Source: an uncultured Candidatus Saccharibacteria bacterium (GTDB lineage Bacteria; Patescibacteriota; Doudnabacteria; UBA920). From it: a stretch of DNA of 64,000 nt. Positions 8,067 to 17,140 of the stretch are shown here, in pieces. Numbering within the stretch: position 1 is the stretch's first letter; each line of letters begins with the position of its first letter. A program made the position numbers and the translations under genes. Under the pieces are notes generated by a model. It was not told where the DNA came from and did not search any database. It saw only the letters and a program-made list of their open reading frames with translations. The stretch lies in the NCBI GenBank assembly GCA_964521955.1, contig CAZFTX010000001.1:42386-106385 (forward strand), given 5' to 3'.

Positions 8067-9158
8067 TTACTTGGCAGTTTTTTCCAAATATTTTCCCACA
8101 AATTCGTCTAACTCCCCTTCTAAAACACCTTCAGGATCAGTTGACTCAAAGTTAGTTCTGTGGTCTTTAACCATTTTGTAAGGATGCAGAACGTAAGAAC
8201 GAATTTGGTTTCCCCATTCAGCGGACTTAAACTCACCCCTTAACTCAAGCTTTTCTTTTTGCAACTTTTCTTCTTCTAAAGCTTTTAATTTAGACATTAA
8301 AATTTTCATAGCCAATTCACGATTTTGATGCTGGCTTCTTTCATTTTGAATATTCACCCTTATTCCGGTTGGAATATGAGTAATGCGTATGGCCGAATAT
8401 GTTGTGTTTACACTCTGTCCCCCGTGACCAGAAGCCGTATTGGCTTCAATTTTTAAATCCTTAGGATTAACTTCAAACTTTTCTTTTTCTTCCAAAACCG
8501 GAAGTAGCTCTAAAAGCGCAAAAGAAGTCTCCCTTGTATGAGCCGGATTAAAAGGTGAAAGCCTAACCAAACGGTGCACCCCCGCTTCGCTTTTAAAAAG
8601 TCCGTAAGCAAAAGGACCTTTTACTTCCACCACTGCCGTTTTAACTCCGCCTTGTTCACCCTTTGAAAGTTCCAAAATTTCCGTGCTAAAACCTTTTTTT
8701 TCACTGTAACGCAAAAACATTCTTAAAAGCATCCCTGCCCAGTCTTGTGCATCTACCCCGCCGGCGCCACTGTGAAGGGAAAAAATTGCGCTATGGTCGT
8801 CATACTTTTTAGACAGCAAAGCCACAAAACGGTTTTTACTATACTCCTTTTCCAAAGTTTCAACTTGCTCTTGTAAATATTTTTTTGTTTCTTCTGACTC
8901 GTCTGTATTTTGCTTAACCAAATTTAAAGTTTCCTGAATATTTTTTTCTAAAGTATTCCAAAACTCTACAAATTTTTGCAGTTGGTTAAACTCCTGAGAA
9001 ATACTCTGTGCATGCGCGGAGTCGTTCCAAAAGTCAGAACCCTGCATTAAGTCTTGCAATTCCAAAGCTCTCTGCTCTTTTTGCGGCAGGTTTAAATGTG
9101 ACTTTATTTCTTCAACTTCTAAAAGTAGCTTTTCTAACTTTGAAATCAAATCTTTCAT
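8067..9158 (-). CDS. prfB: peptide chain release factor 2
   Basis: 363 aa. GGQ motif (ASGHGGQSVNTT) and the RF2-type SPF tripeptide region (RLSPFNPAHTRETSFA). Single uninterrupted ORF; no +1 frameshift site is evident. Confidence 0.85.
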   Translation of the reverse strand: MKDLISKLEKLLLEVEEIKSHLNLPQKEQRALELQDLMQGSDFWNDSAHAQSISQEFNQLQKFVEFWNTLEKNIQETLNLVKQNTDESEETKKYLQEQVETLEKEYSKNRFVALLSKKYDDHSAIFSLHSGAGGVDAQDWAGMLLRMFLRYSEKKGFSTEILELSKGEQGGVKTAVVEVKGPFAYGLFKSEAGVHRLVRLSPFNPAHTRETSFALLELLPVLEEKEKFEVNPKDLKIEANTASGHGGQSVNTTYSAIRITHIPTGIRVNIQNERSQHQNRELAMKILMSKLKALEEEKLQKEKLELRGEFKSAEWGNQIRSYVLHPYKMVKDHRTNFESTDPEGVLEGELDEFVGKYLEKTAK

Positions 9159-9294
9159 AACTTCAATATTATCCCAAAAATATCATTAAACATCAATAAA
9201 TAAAAGTACAAAAGCCCGTCGTTCGTTCTCCGACACAAGATACAACCCTCTACCCTCAGTTCACCTCCATATGTTCAAAAACTTTTACATGCTG

Positions 9295-10038
9295 CTACAA
9301 ATTTGGTTTTAAATCTTTTAAAGCAATTCTTCTCACCAAATCCCAAAGCTGATTATGAACCTCTAACGGAGTTAAAAGTCGGCCTTCAAAAGCGCATTCT
9401 AAAAGCTTTGTATTAGGAAAGAGCTTTGCAATTTCCAAATAAGCCTTTTCCGCTTCAATGGCATGACCTTTTTGAGACTCTAAAATATCCGGTTTTCTTT
9501 CCCATGCGCTACTTTTGCCAGATTTATATCTTTTGCTTAAAAGTTTACCTGCTAAATTTGCAGGCATATGCAAAATAATGTTTAAATCCGGCTTAGGCAC
9601 CTGAAATGTTTTGTATTCCAAATTATCCAACCATTTAAAAAACTTGACTCTTTCAACTGAATCGGAAAATTTTGCTCCTTGATGTCCGGCATTTGCAGTA
9701 ACATACCGGTCCGAAACCACAACCTTACCTTCCTTTAACCACTCTCGAATTTTAAAACCAGCATCAAAACGATCCACTGCAAAAAATATGGAAGCTGCAT
9801 AAGGATTTAGCTCACCATACTTACCACTTAAATACTCTTCTAAAACTCCGGCTGACTTTTCTCCGTATTGCGGAAATTTAATATATACGGCATCAAACCC
9901 TTCCGTCCTCAAAGTTTCCACCAACATACTTGCTTGAGTGGACTTTCCACTACCATCAGGCCCATCTACAACCACAAATCTTCCAAATTGTTTTTCAGGA
10001 ACTTTAGATTTCTTTTTCATTCCAAAGGGAAGTTTCAT
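9295..10038 (-). CDS. tmk: thymidylate (dTMP) kinase
   Basis: P-loop VVVDGPDGSGKSTQ, LID-like region and DRY motif (VVSDRY). Confidence 0.8.
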   Translation of the reverse strand: MKLPFGMKKKSKVPEKQFGRFVVVDGPDGSGKSTQASMLVETLRTEGFDAVYIKFPQYGEKSAGVLEEYLSGKYGELNPYAASIFFAVDRFDAGFKIREWLKEGKVVVSDRYVTANAGHQGAKFSDSVERVKFFKWLDNLEYKTFQVPKPDLNIILHMPANLAGKLLSKRYKSGKSSAWERKPDILESQKGHAIEAEKAYLEIAKLFPNTKLLECAFEGRLLTPLEVHNQLWDLVRRIALKDLKPNL

Positions 10039-10039
10039 A

Positions 10040-10576
10040 TTATGTAGTTATTATTTTTTCTAGTTTTTCGTACAGTTCCTCTAAACTGCCTATGTTTTCA
10101 ATTTTAAAATCTGCCTGCTTGCCCAAAACCGGAATATTTATTTCTGTTGGTTCTTGTTCCTGTTTTAAAAAACTCTCAAAATCCATACTGGCGTCATCTT
10201 GCTTTTCATGTCGGTTTTGGTAACGCTCAAACCGTATATTCACCGGTGCAGTAATATAGATTATTTTAGCCCCTATTTTTTTAATGTCTTCCATTTCATC
10301 CATGCGAATGCCGTTAACAACTACCAACCTTTCGTTAGCATCCAAAACCCTTTTTACCACAGCGGGCCCTAACACAGAACGTCCAAAAATATGCCTTAAA
10401 CCTAAACCTAAGTCTATTTCATTTCTTCTGGATATGGGCAAATTTAAAATACCCAAAATCTCGTCCAACAAATGACTAAAACGCACATGCTTTGCACCAT
10501 GTTTTTTTTCCAAATAATTTGCCACTGCGTCTTTGCCTGCAAACTTCTCCCCTACCAAACCAATAATTGTTTTCAT
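10040..10576 (-). CDS. deoxynucleoside-monophosphate kinase, phage T4 gp1-like
   Basis: P-loop GLVGEKFAGKD. The C-terminal IENIGSLEELYEKLEKI closely resembles the T4 gp1 C-terminus (ITNDGSLEELFSKIKN). Start moved to MKTIIG. Confidence 0.55.
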   Translation of the reverse strand: MKTIIGLVGEKFAGKDAVANYLEKKHGAKHVRFSHLLDEILGILNLPISRRNEIDLGLGLRHIFGRSVLGPAVVKRVLDANERLVVVNGIRMDEMEDIKKIGAKIIYITAPVNIRFERYQNRHEKQDDASMDFESFLKQEQEPTEINIPVLGKQADFKIENIGSLEELYEKLEKIITT

Positions 10577-10666
10577 ACAAAGTAGTATAACACGTGTAAA
10601 ATGTATGGAAAATACCAAAAAAGCCTTTAAAATAGTCTAAATTAATAATATTTGTTAAAATAAATC

Positions 10667-11263
10667 ATGACTTTAAAACGAGATCTAGAACTTTTGTATG
10701 AAGTGGGCAGTTTAAGGTTTATTGAACGTGCCTGGAAACAATTTTTAAACCCAGATTATGCTAACTTAGCCGAACATCATTTAAGAGTTATTTGGATTGC
10801 CCTTTTGCTTGCCAAATATGAAGGCAAGGGTAATGTGGAAAAAATCATGAAAATGGCTTTAGTACATGACGTAAGTGAAAGCCGTACAGGCGACGTAAAT
10901 TACATAGGCAGACAATATACCCAAAGAAATGAGCATAAAGCCATTAAAGACATATTTCATAACACAGAACTTGAAAAAGAAATGATTGCCTTATGGAATG
11001 AATACGAAGAAAAAAAGACTATTGAAGCTCAAATAGTAAAAGATGCCGATTTTTTGGACGTGGATTTAGAAATTAAAGAACAAAAAGCAAAAGGTAGAAA
11101 TCACATGAAAGCCTGGGAACCAAATCGCAAAATAGTCTACAATAAACTTTTTACCAAATCAGCAAAAAAAATCTGGAAAGCAATCCAAACTTCCAAACCG
11201 GAAGACTGGTTTATTAACTCGCCAAACCGCTTTAACGAAGGTGACATGAAACCAAAAAAATAA
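10667..11263 (+). CDS. HD-domain 5'-deoxynucleotidase (YfbR-like)
   Basis: H..HD..E..GD motif pattern (HHLRV...VHDVSESRTGD) of YfbR-family HD phosphohydrolases. Confidence 0.7.
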   Translation: MTLKRDLELLYEVGSLRFIERAWKQFLNPDYANLAEHHLRVIWIALLLAKYEGKGNVEKIMKMALVHDVSESRTGDVNYIGRQYTQRNEHKAIKDIFHNTELEKEMIALWNEYEEKKTIEAQIVKDADFLDVDLEIKEQKAKGRNHMKAWEPNRKIVYNKLFTKSAKKIWKAIQTSKPEDWFINSPNRFNEGDMKPKK

Positions 11264-11305
11264 TCTGTAGACATCCGTAGTTTTATAATTAATAAATCTG
11301 TAGCA

Positions 11306-11995
11306 ATGCACTCATACGAAATTGAAATCAAATCCTTACTTGGTGGCAAAGAAAAAGCAGATGAACTTTTAAGTAAAATGAAAGCTATTGACCCAGGCCT
11401 GATTGAAGTTGGTAGCCACAAGCAACTTAACCACTACTTTGTGGGTGGTAATTTACAAACTCTATACGAAAAAGTTAAAGAATTTTTAACCGAAGAAGAA
11501 CAAAAACGTTTACTAGATATTTCTGAAAAAGCAAAAGATTTTTCTGTACGTACCCGCCAAGCAGACGGCAAGATTATTTTGGTTATAAAAGCTTCGGTAG
11601 ACGATACTACCAGCTCAAACGGTACGGCTCGCTTAGAATTTGAAGCCAAACTAAATAACTTTACACTTAATAAACTTGATCAACTTTTACTTGACGCTGG
11701 TTTTGCCTACCAAGCTAAGTGGTCCAGGGAAAGACAAGACTATTTATATCATCCCAAAAACAGGCAGATTAGCGTAAGTATAGACAAAAACGCTGGTTAC
11801 GGCTTTCTTTCTGAATTTGAAGTTGTGGTAAATGACGAATCTAAAACAGAAGAAGTTAAAAATTTTATCCGCGAATCCATGAACGAACTTGGCATAACTG
11901 AACTTAACCAAGACCGTTTGGCCAGAATGTTTGAATACTACAACAAAAACTGGGAACAATATTACGGAACTGAAAATATATTTAATATTGAATAA
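11306..11995 (+). CDS. CYTH-domain (triphosphate tunnel metalloenzyme) protein
   Basis: N-terminal YEIEIK (the ExExK signature) and later acidic strands, consistent with a CyaB/ThTPase-like fold. Confidence 0.65.
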   Translation: MHSYEIEIKSLLGGKEKADELLSKMKAIDPGLIEVGSHKQLNHYFVGGNLQTLYEKVKEFLTEEEQKRLLDISEKAKDFSVRTRQADGKIILVIKASVDDTTSSNGTARLEFEAKLNNFTLNKLDQLLLDAGFAYQAKWSRERQDYLYHPKNRQISVSIDKNAGYGFLSEFEVVVNDESKTEEVKNFIRESMNELGITELNQDRLARMFEYYNKNWEQYYGTENIFNIE

Positions 11996-12003
11996 CAAAA
12001 ATC

Positions 12004-12972
12004 ATGAACAAACACCCGGAGTTTCAATATCTGGATCTTTTAAGAGAAATAAAAGAAAAAGGTTTTAGGAAAGTCGATCGCGGCACGGGCGATGCTTCTT
12101 ACAGTTTATTTGGCAAACAAATCCGCTTTAACCTTTCAGAGGGTTTTCCCATGCTTACTACCAAAAAAGTGTTTTGGAAAGGTGTAGTGGAAGAACTTTA
12201 CTGGTTTATGTCCGGTCAAAGCAACGTCTCTTACCTAACTAGAAAAGGTGTTCACATTTGGGATGACTATCCTTTTAAAATTTATAAAGAAAAAGTCAAA
12301 GTCGGCAAAATGCCGGAAATGTCTAAAGAAGAGTTTGTAAAAAAACTCGAAACCGACGACAGCTTTGCCAAAGAACACGGAGAACTTCCCCGTATTTACG
12401 GAGAACTTTGGCGCCGTTGGCCAACACGAACTCCGGGAAAAACCGTTGATCAACTCAAGTGGGCAATTACCGAAATTATGGAAGACCCAAACGCTCATAA
12501 CTGTATTGTAAATTCCTGGAACCCGGAATATCTTTACACCATGGCCGAATTTGAAGACGCTGCCCGCTACCCTATTTGTCACAACATGTTCCAAATAAAC
12601 CAAATTGGCGGAAAGCTTTCTTTAAACCTTTACCAAAGAAGTGCGGATATTTTCTTAGGTGTACCTTTTAACATTGCCTCTTACGCCCTCCTCACTCTCA
12701 TTCTTGCTCAAGTTACGGGTTACGAGCCCGGGGAGTTTGTACACACTTTTGGGGACGTTCACATTTACGAAAACCACATGGACCAAGTTACCGAACAACT
12801 TTCAAGAGAACCCAAACCTTTACCGAAAGTTGTACTCGACCCTACCATTAAAAATATTGACGACTTTAGACCTGAACACATAAAGCTAGAAAATTACGAA
12901 TCACACCCGGCTTTAAAGGCTGAACTTTCAGTTTCCGGAGGGTTCTTTGATAAAAGTACCAAAAAAAACTAG
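12004..12972 (+). CDS. thyA: thymidylate synthase
   Basis: RYPICHNMFQ (catalytic Cys), YQRSADIFLGVPFNIASYALL and HIYENHMDQ. The Asn in FNIAS indicates dUMP specificity rather than dCMP. Confidence 0.95.
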   Translation: MNKHPEFQYLDLLREIKEKGFRKVDRGTGDASYSLFGKQIRFNLSEGFPMLTTKKVFWKGVVEELYWFMSGQSNVSYLTRKGVHIWDDYPFKIYKEKVKVGKMPEMSKEEFVKKLETDDSFAKEHGELPRIYGELWRRWPTRTPGKTVDQLKWAITEIMEDPNAHNCIVNSWNPEYLYTMAEFEDAARYPICHNMFQINQIGGKLSLNLYQRSADIFLGVPFNIASYALLTLILAQVTGYEPGEFVHTFGDVHIYENHMDQVTEQLSREPKPLPKVVLDPTIKNIDDFRPEHIKLENYESHPALKAELSVSGGFFDKSTKKN

Positions 12973-12981
12973 TTATTTTTC

Positions 12982-13665
12982 ATGATTAAACTTATTGCTT
13001 TTGACTGGAATGGAACCATACTTTCAGACACTCTAGCTTCCTTAAAAGCCGACAATCAAGTTTACAAAGAGCTTGGAATAAACAAGAAGGTAACAATGTC
13101 TGAGTTTAGAAAAGCATTTAGAATCCCAATAATAAACTACTGGACAAACCTTGGTCTAGACAGAGAATATTTTGTAAAAAACGGTGAGCTAATTCATTCA
13201 ATATACGAAAAATACTATGAACTTTTTGAAAATAAAACCAGAACCAGAGCCGGAATTAAAGTATCACTTAAATGGCTCAAAAAAAATAAAATCGAAAGTA
13301 TAATTTTTAGTAACCACATTATCCCTAACATAAAAAGTCAACTTCACCGCTTAAAAATCCAAACATTGTTTAAAGAAGTCTTAGCAAGACCTGTTAATTC
13401 TGTAGACCACTTACATAACCGCAGTAAAGAAGCGAAGCTTAAAAACTATATCGACCAAAATAAAATAAAACCCGAGGAGGTCATTACTGTTGGCGATACT
13501 GACGAAGAAATAGAAATTGGTAAATTATTTGGCTATCATACCGTTGCAATTTCAGGTGGTATGCAAAATACTGCGTATTTAAAATCTCACAAGCCAGATT
13601 TTCTCATACACAACATGAAGGAGTTAATTAAAATAGTAAAAATTTTAAATGAATCCAAAAATTAG
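12982..13665 (+). CDS. HAD-superfamily hydrolase (phosphatase or nucleotidase-like)
   Basis: Motif I FDWNGT (a DxN variant) and motif IV VGDTDEEIE. Sits inside the dTMP-synthesis cluster. Confidence 0.55.
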   Translation: MIKLIAFDWNGTILSDTLASLKADNQVYKELGINKKVTMSEFRKAFRIPIINYWTNLGLDREYFVKNGELIHSIYEKYYELFENKTRTRAGIKVSLKWLKKNKIESIIFSNHIIPNIKSQLHRLKIQTLFKEVLARPVNSVDHLHNRSKEAKLKNYIDQNKIKPEEVITVGDTDEEIEIGKLFGYHTVAISGGMQNTAYLKSHKPDFLIHNMKELIKIVKILNESKN

Positions 13666-14134
13666 CTTAGTTGTTGCCATTTCAAAAAATCGGGCAATTG
13701 GCAAAGACAACAAATTACTTTTCTACATCCCCGAAGACTTAAAAAGGTTTAAAGAAATAACAAAAAACCACCCCATAGTCATGGGGGGAAGAACCTATGA
13801 GTCCATTGGCCATCCACTCCCCGACCGCACTAATATTGTTATTACCAATGACCCTAACCTTAAAGCCAAAGGCTGTGTGGTTTGTCATAGTGTGGAAGAA
13901 GCCTTAAAAGAAGCAAAAAAGCTTAACACTGACGAAATTTTTATCGTCGGTGGGGGTAAAATTTACGAACAAATCATGCCTCTTGCCAATAAGCTCTATA
14001 TAACTGTCATAGATACCATAGTAGAAGACGCTGACACTTTTTTTCCAGAATATTCAGAATTTACTAAAATTACCAAAGAAGAAAAAAAACAACACAACGG
14101 CCTAAACTATACTTTCTATGAACTAGAAAAATAG
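13649..14134 (+). CDS. folA: dihydrofolate reductase
   Basis: 161 aa. ISLVVAISKNRAIGKDNKLLF..IPEDLKRFKEITKNHPIVMGGRTYESIG is canonical DHFR. Confidence 0.9.
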   Translation: MNPKISLVVAISKNRAIGKDNKLLFYIPEDLKRFKEITKNHPIVMGGRTYESIGHPLPDRTNIVITNDPNLKAKGCVVCHSVEEALKEAKKLNTDEIFIVGGGKIYEQIMPLANKLYITVIDTIVEDADTFFPEYSEFTKITKEEKKQHNGLNYTFYELEK

Positions 14135-14238
14135 ACCGCTGATCTTTTAACACACACTGATAACACAGATATTGCAAAATTAAACTATCTGTATTATCGG
14201 TTTCATCAGTATTCAAATCCAAATCCGTATCATAAAAT

Positions 14239-15153
14239 ATGCAAATACTACAAATTATTCTTCCCACGTTTCTAATTATTGGTTTAGGATACATGGGGAA
14301 AAAATACAAAATTGTGGAAGAGTCTTGGGTTCACGCCCTAAATGGCTTTGCCTACTACGTTGCCTTGCCGGCAGTGGTAATTTCTTCGCTTTGGCAAATA
14401 AACCTTTCCGGCCAAACCTTAAAAGTTCTTTTTTACAACGCTTTGGTTATAGTTTGTTTTGGTGCCTTAACCATGCTGGCTTTAAGCTTAACTAAATTAA
14501 AAAAAGAGCAAAAAGCCGCGTTTTTGCTTATTGCTGTAGTCGGAAACTCCATTTACATGGGCTTCCCTATTGCACAAACAACTTTCGCCGGACATGTTTT
14601 CCCACTTATTGCCGCCGCAGGAACTATCCAACTGGTCTTAGGCATTGCTTTGGGGCTTTTAGCAGTTGAACACTGGAAAACCCATACCCACGGAGTCAAA
14701 ACTTATTTAAAAGACTTTTTCTTAAATCCGCTAATTTTAGCTTTACTTGCAGGCTTAATACTTTCGTATTTAAACTTTTCCGGATCCGGAATTGAAGTCT
14801 TAAAGAAAACCATTAGCTCTTTAGGCTCTACAGCCTCCCCAGTTGCGCTTTTCTCTTTAGGCGCTTTTATTTATGGTAAATATTCAAAAACCAATTTTAA
14901 ACTACTTGCTTACGCAAGTACTGTTAAGCTTATACTTATACCAATTTTTGTTTTCTTCTTTTTAAAATGGATCCAACCGGATCTTTTTATAGTAAACTCT
15001 GCTTTCCTGCTTGTGGGCATGCCGGCAGCAGCCACCACTTTTGTATTGGCTGAAAAGTTTAAACTAGACAAAACTTTTGTAGCCGAAGGCCTACTTGTCA
15101 CCACCGCGCTTTCTTTTGTTTCTATAAGTATACTTCTCTCATTTTTGCTATAA
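14239..15153 (+). CDS. AEC-family transporter (auxin efflux carrier / malate permease-like)
   Basis: 304 aa, about 10 TM helices, N-terminal ILPTFLIIGLGY typical of the AEC family. Confidence 0.6.
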   Translation: MQILQIILPTFLIIGLGYMGKKYKIVEESWVHALNGFAYYVALPAVVISSLWQINLSGQTLKVLFYNALVIVCFGALTMLALSLTKLKKEQKAAFLLIAVVGNSIYMGFPIAQTTFAGHVFPLIAAAGTIQLVLGIALGLLAVEHWKTHTHGVKTYLKDFFLNPLILALLAGLILSYLNFSGSGIEVLKKTISSLGSTASPVALFSLGAFIYGKYSKTNFKLLAYASTVKLILIPIFVFFFLKWIQPDLFIVNSAFLLVGMPAAATTFVLAEKFKLDKTFVAEGLLVTTALSFVSISILLSFLL

Positions 15154-15195
15154 AATAATCTTATTTACATTTAAAAAAGTAGTTGGAAATTCCAA

Positions 15196-15774
15196 CTACT
15201 TTTTTCTTACCTCTTGTGTAAGTTTAGAAGCTAAAGGTGAAGTTTGTCCTGCATATTTATTTCCCTTTTTTTTATAGTAAGGAACGTCTACCGGACTGGA
15301 CATTTCTTCAAAAGTAAAAGCGCAAATTCTCATACCAGGATACAAAGCTACCGGCATGACCCCTAAGTTCCCTAACTCCATTGTAGGTTTACCTATCCAG
15401 CCGGGATGAAAAACCGAAGCGGTACCGTGAACAATTATCCCCAACCTACCTAAAGAACTTCGCCCTTCAATACGGCCTAACAAGTCGTCCGACAACACCA
15501 AAGTTTCAACTGTAGTTACGAGTGCAAAATCCCCGGGTTGCATTATAAACGGCTCACCTTTTTTTACTACTATTTCTTTCATTAACTTGTCAGTATCCAC
15601 AGGCCCGGCTAAGTCTATGTAAGGATAAGAAGAATGTTTAAAAACCCTAAAAACATTACCCAAATGCAAGTCTATCATACAAGCATCCAATTGAGTTTTT
15701 AGGTCGGGCTTAGGAGTAATTTTTATCCTGCCACTAATAAGAGCTTTTTTTATGTCTCTGTCAGAAAGTGTCAT
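15196..15774 (-). CDS. dcd: dCTP deaminase
   Basis: 192 aa with full-length similarity to Dcd (GWIDPGF-like GWIGKPTMEL and the conserved Ser/Arg/Glu region). Confidence 0.85.
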   Translation of the reverse strand: MTLSDRDIKKALISGRIKITPKPDLKTQLDACMIDLHLGNVFRVFKHSSYPYIDLAGPVDTDKLMKEIVVKKGEPFIMQPGDFALVTTVETLVLSDDLLGRIEGRSSLGRLGIIVHGTASVFHPGWIGKPTMELGNLGVMPVALYPGMRICAFTFEEMSSPVDVPYYKKKGNKYAGQTSPLASKLTQEVRKK

Positions 15775-16134
15775 ACTTTAAGTTAAAATTAATTACTTAG
15801 ATATTCTACTATACTTATTTATATGAGTCTACATTATCATACATCAGCGCTATCTGCTCCTATCAGAGAATCCGCGGACGTTTTATTGACAAAATTTAAA
15901 GCTTAATATAACATAACTGCAATATGTTCATATTCACTATTTCCCCAATTAAGAATGCAATGAAGTCTTCCTTGAAGACCATGCTTTTGGGGTTAGTCAG
16001 AAAATGAAACTTTAACCAAAATAAATTTTCTAAAACCAACCCCTCAAGCATAGCTAAAGAAGAGGGGTTTTATAATACTTACATTTCCACTTGCCGAAAG
16101 CACTTTTAACAAAAAAGTTTTTTCGGGAGGTGGC

Positions 16135-16423
16135 AATGCCAGAGCCATTCAAAGCTAAGGTTACGGCTATGGATCGGGGCCTTTACTGGATACAACCAGT
16201 AGGAATGAACGAACAAGCCAGGGTGACAGTCATAGCAATCAAGCATGGACGCAACGAAACGCTCTTGATTTTCCACCCGGCAATACCCGCCGGGCAACCG
16301 AAGGGCGAAGTACAACATTTCAGCGCTGTGATCCCGCGAAACTCGGAACAGCACACAACTTGGTGCTTACCGGGAAAACTCTCTGAAGAGGAGTACAAAA
16401 AACTTACTCCGAAAGAGGAGTAA
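16135..16423 (+). CDS. hypothetical small protein (GC-rich island 2)
   Basis: GGAGG 5 nt upstream of the ATG. Local GC about 50%. No family match recognised. Confidence 0.45.
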
Positions 16424-16537
16424 TAACAAGGAGGAAAGAACAAAGAAATCACAACACACGAAAAGCGGCCCTAGAAAGGCTTGTCACTCAATATCCGCAC
16501 CGGGAAATGAGCATGACAAGCGAGGCCGCTTTTTCAA

Positions 16538-16566
16538 TTGACACAAATCTAAATTTTTCCTATCAT
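16538..16566 (+). promoter_or_regulatory. sigma70-like promoter (TTGACA-N17-TATCAT)
   Basis: Consensus -35 with 17-nt spacing and a near-consensus -10, inside the GC-rich island upstream of 16767..17090. Confidence 0.45.
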
Positions 16567-16654
16567 TCCCACATGAGACAACTTTCATCCATTGTCATTA
16601 TTATAAGCATTACTTCCTTCCAGGCAATGGGCTGAGTTCTTTAAAGTATTGTAA

Positions 16655-16693
16655 CCGTCCCGCCCTTGCTACAAAGGGCGAGACGGTTTTTTG
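16655..16693 (+). terminator. rho-independent terminator-like hairpin
   Basis: ccgtcccgccctt / aagggcgagacgg, a 13-bp stem with one mismatch, followed by TTTTTTG. Confidence 0.5.
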
Positions 16694-16766
16694 TTCCCTG
16701 CTAAGGGCTACGTTGTAGCCTTTGGCTGGTTACAAAACCAAAAAGACAACTTGAGAGGAGAGGACA

Positions 16767-17090
16767 ATGAACACACTTAGTTTTTCGGGAGATGGCCTCA
16801 TAACGCTTCAAGAACAGCGAGCGTTACTAAGCCGCCAAACCTTCCGGATCGTAGCCGGTCAAAATGAACAAGCGTTCTCCGTGGTTTCAGTCAGCCAGCA
16901 TTCTGTTGGCATTTTCTTAGTGGAATTAGTACACCAAGACAACATTCCCTGGTATGGAATCTTGATGATTCAGGATAATCCCGGACAAACAATCATGGTC
17001 CTACAATCCGAAGCGCCACAAGACCGCAACGATTGGAACCGTCTCATTCACCAGGCCAGGCTGATTTCCCAAGGCAACCCCAACCACTAA
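16767..17090 (+). CDS. hypothetical small protein (GC-rich island 2)
   Basis: GAGAGGAGAGG SD-like purine run before the ATG. 107 aa with no recognised domain. Confidence 0.45.
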   Translation: MNTLSFSGDGLITLQEQRALLSRQTFRIVAGQNEQAFSVVSVSQHSVGIFLVELVHQDNIPWYGILMIQDNPGQTIMVLQSEAPQDRNDWNRLIHQARLISQGNPNH

Positions 17091-17100
17091 GCAAAACGAA

Positions 17101-17140
17101 AATCGGCGCCCTCCACATGGAGGCGCGCCGATTTTGATTT
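17101..17140. terminator. bidirectional rho-independent terminator
   Basis: cggcgccctcc-acat-ggaggcgcgccg GC-rich hairpin flanked by gattttgatttt. Lies between the convergent 16767..17090 (+) ORF and the giant gene (-). Confidence 0.6.

Noticed and set aside
12235-12603. 122-aa antisense ORF within thyA, and similar short antisense ORFs listed in the track (for example 222..419, 1272..1490, 27537..27845, 33570..33794, 54628..55002, 60311..60916)
   Set aside because: All lie antisense or out of frame within well-supported conserved genes and have low-complexity composition.
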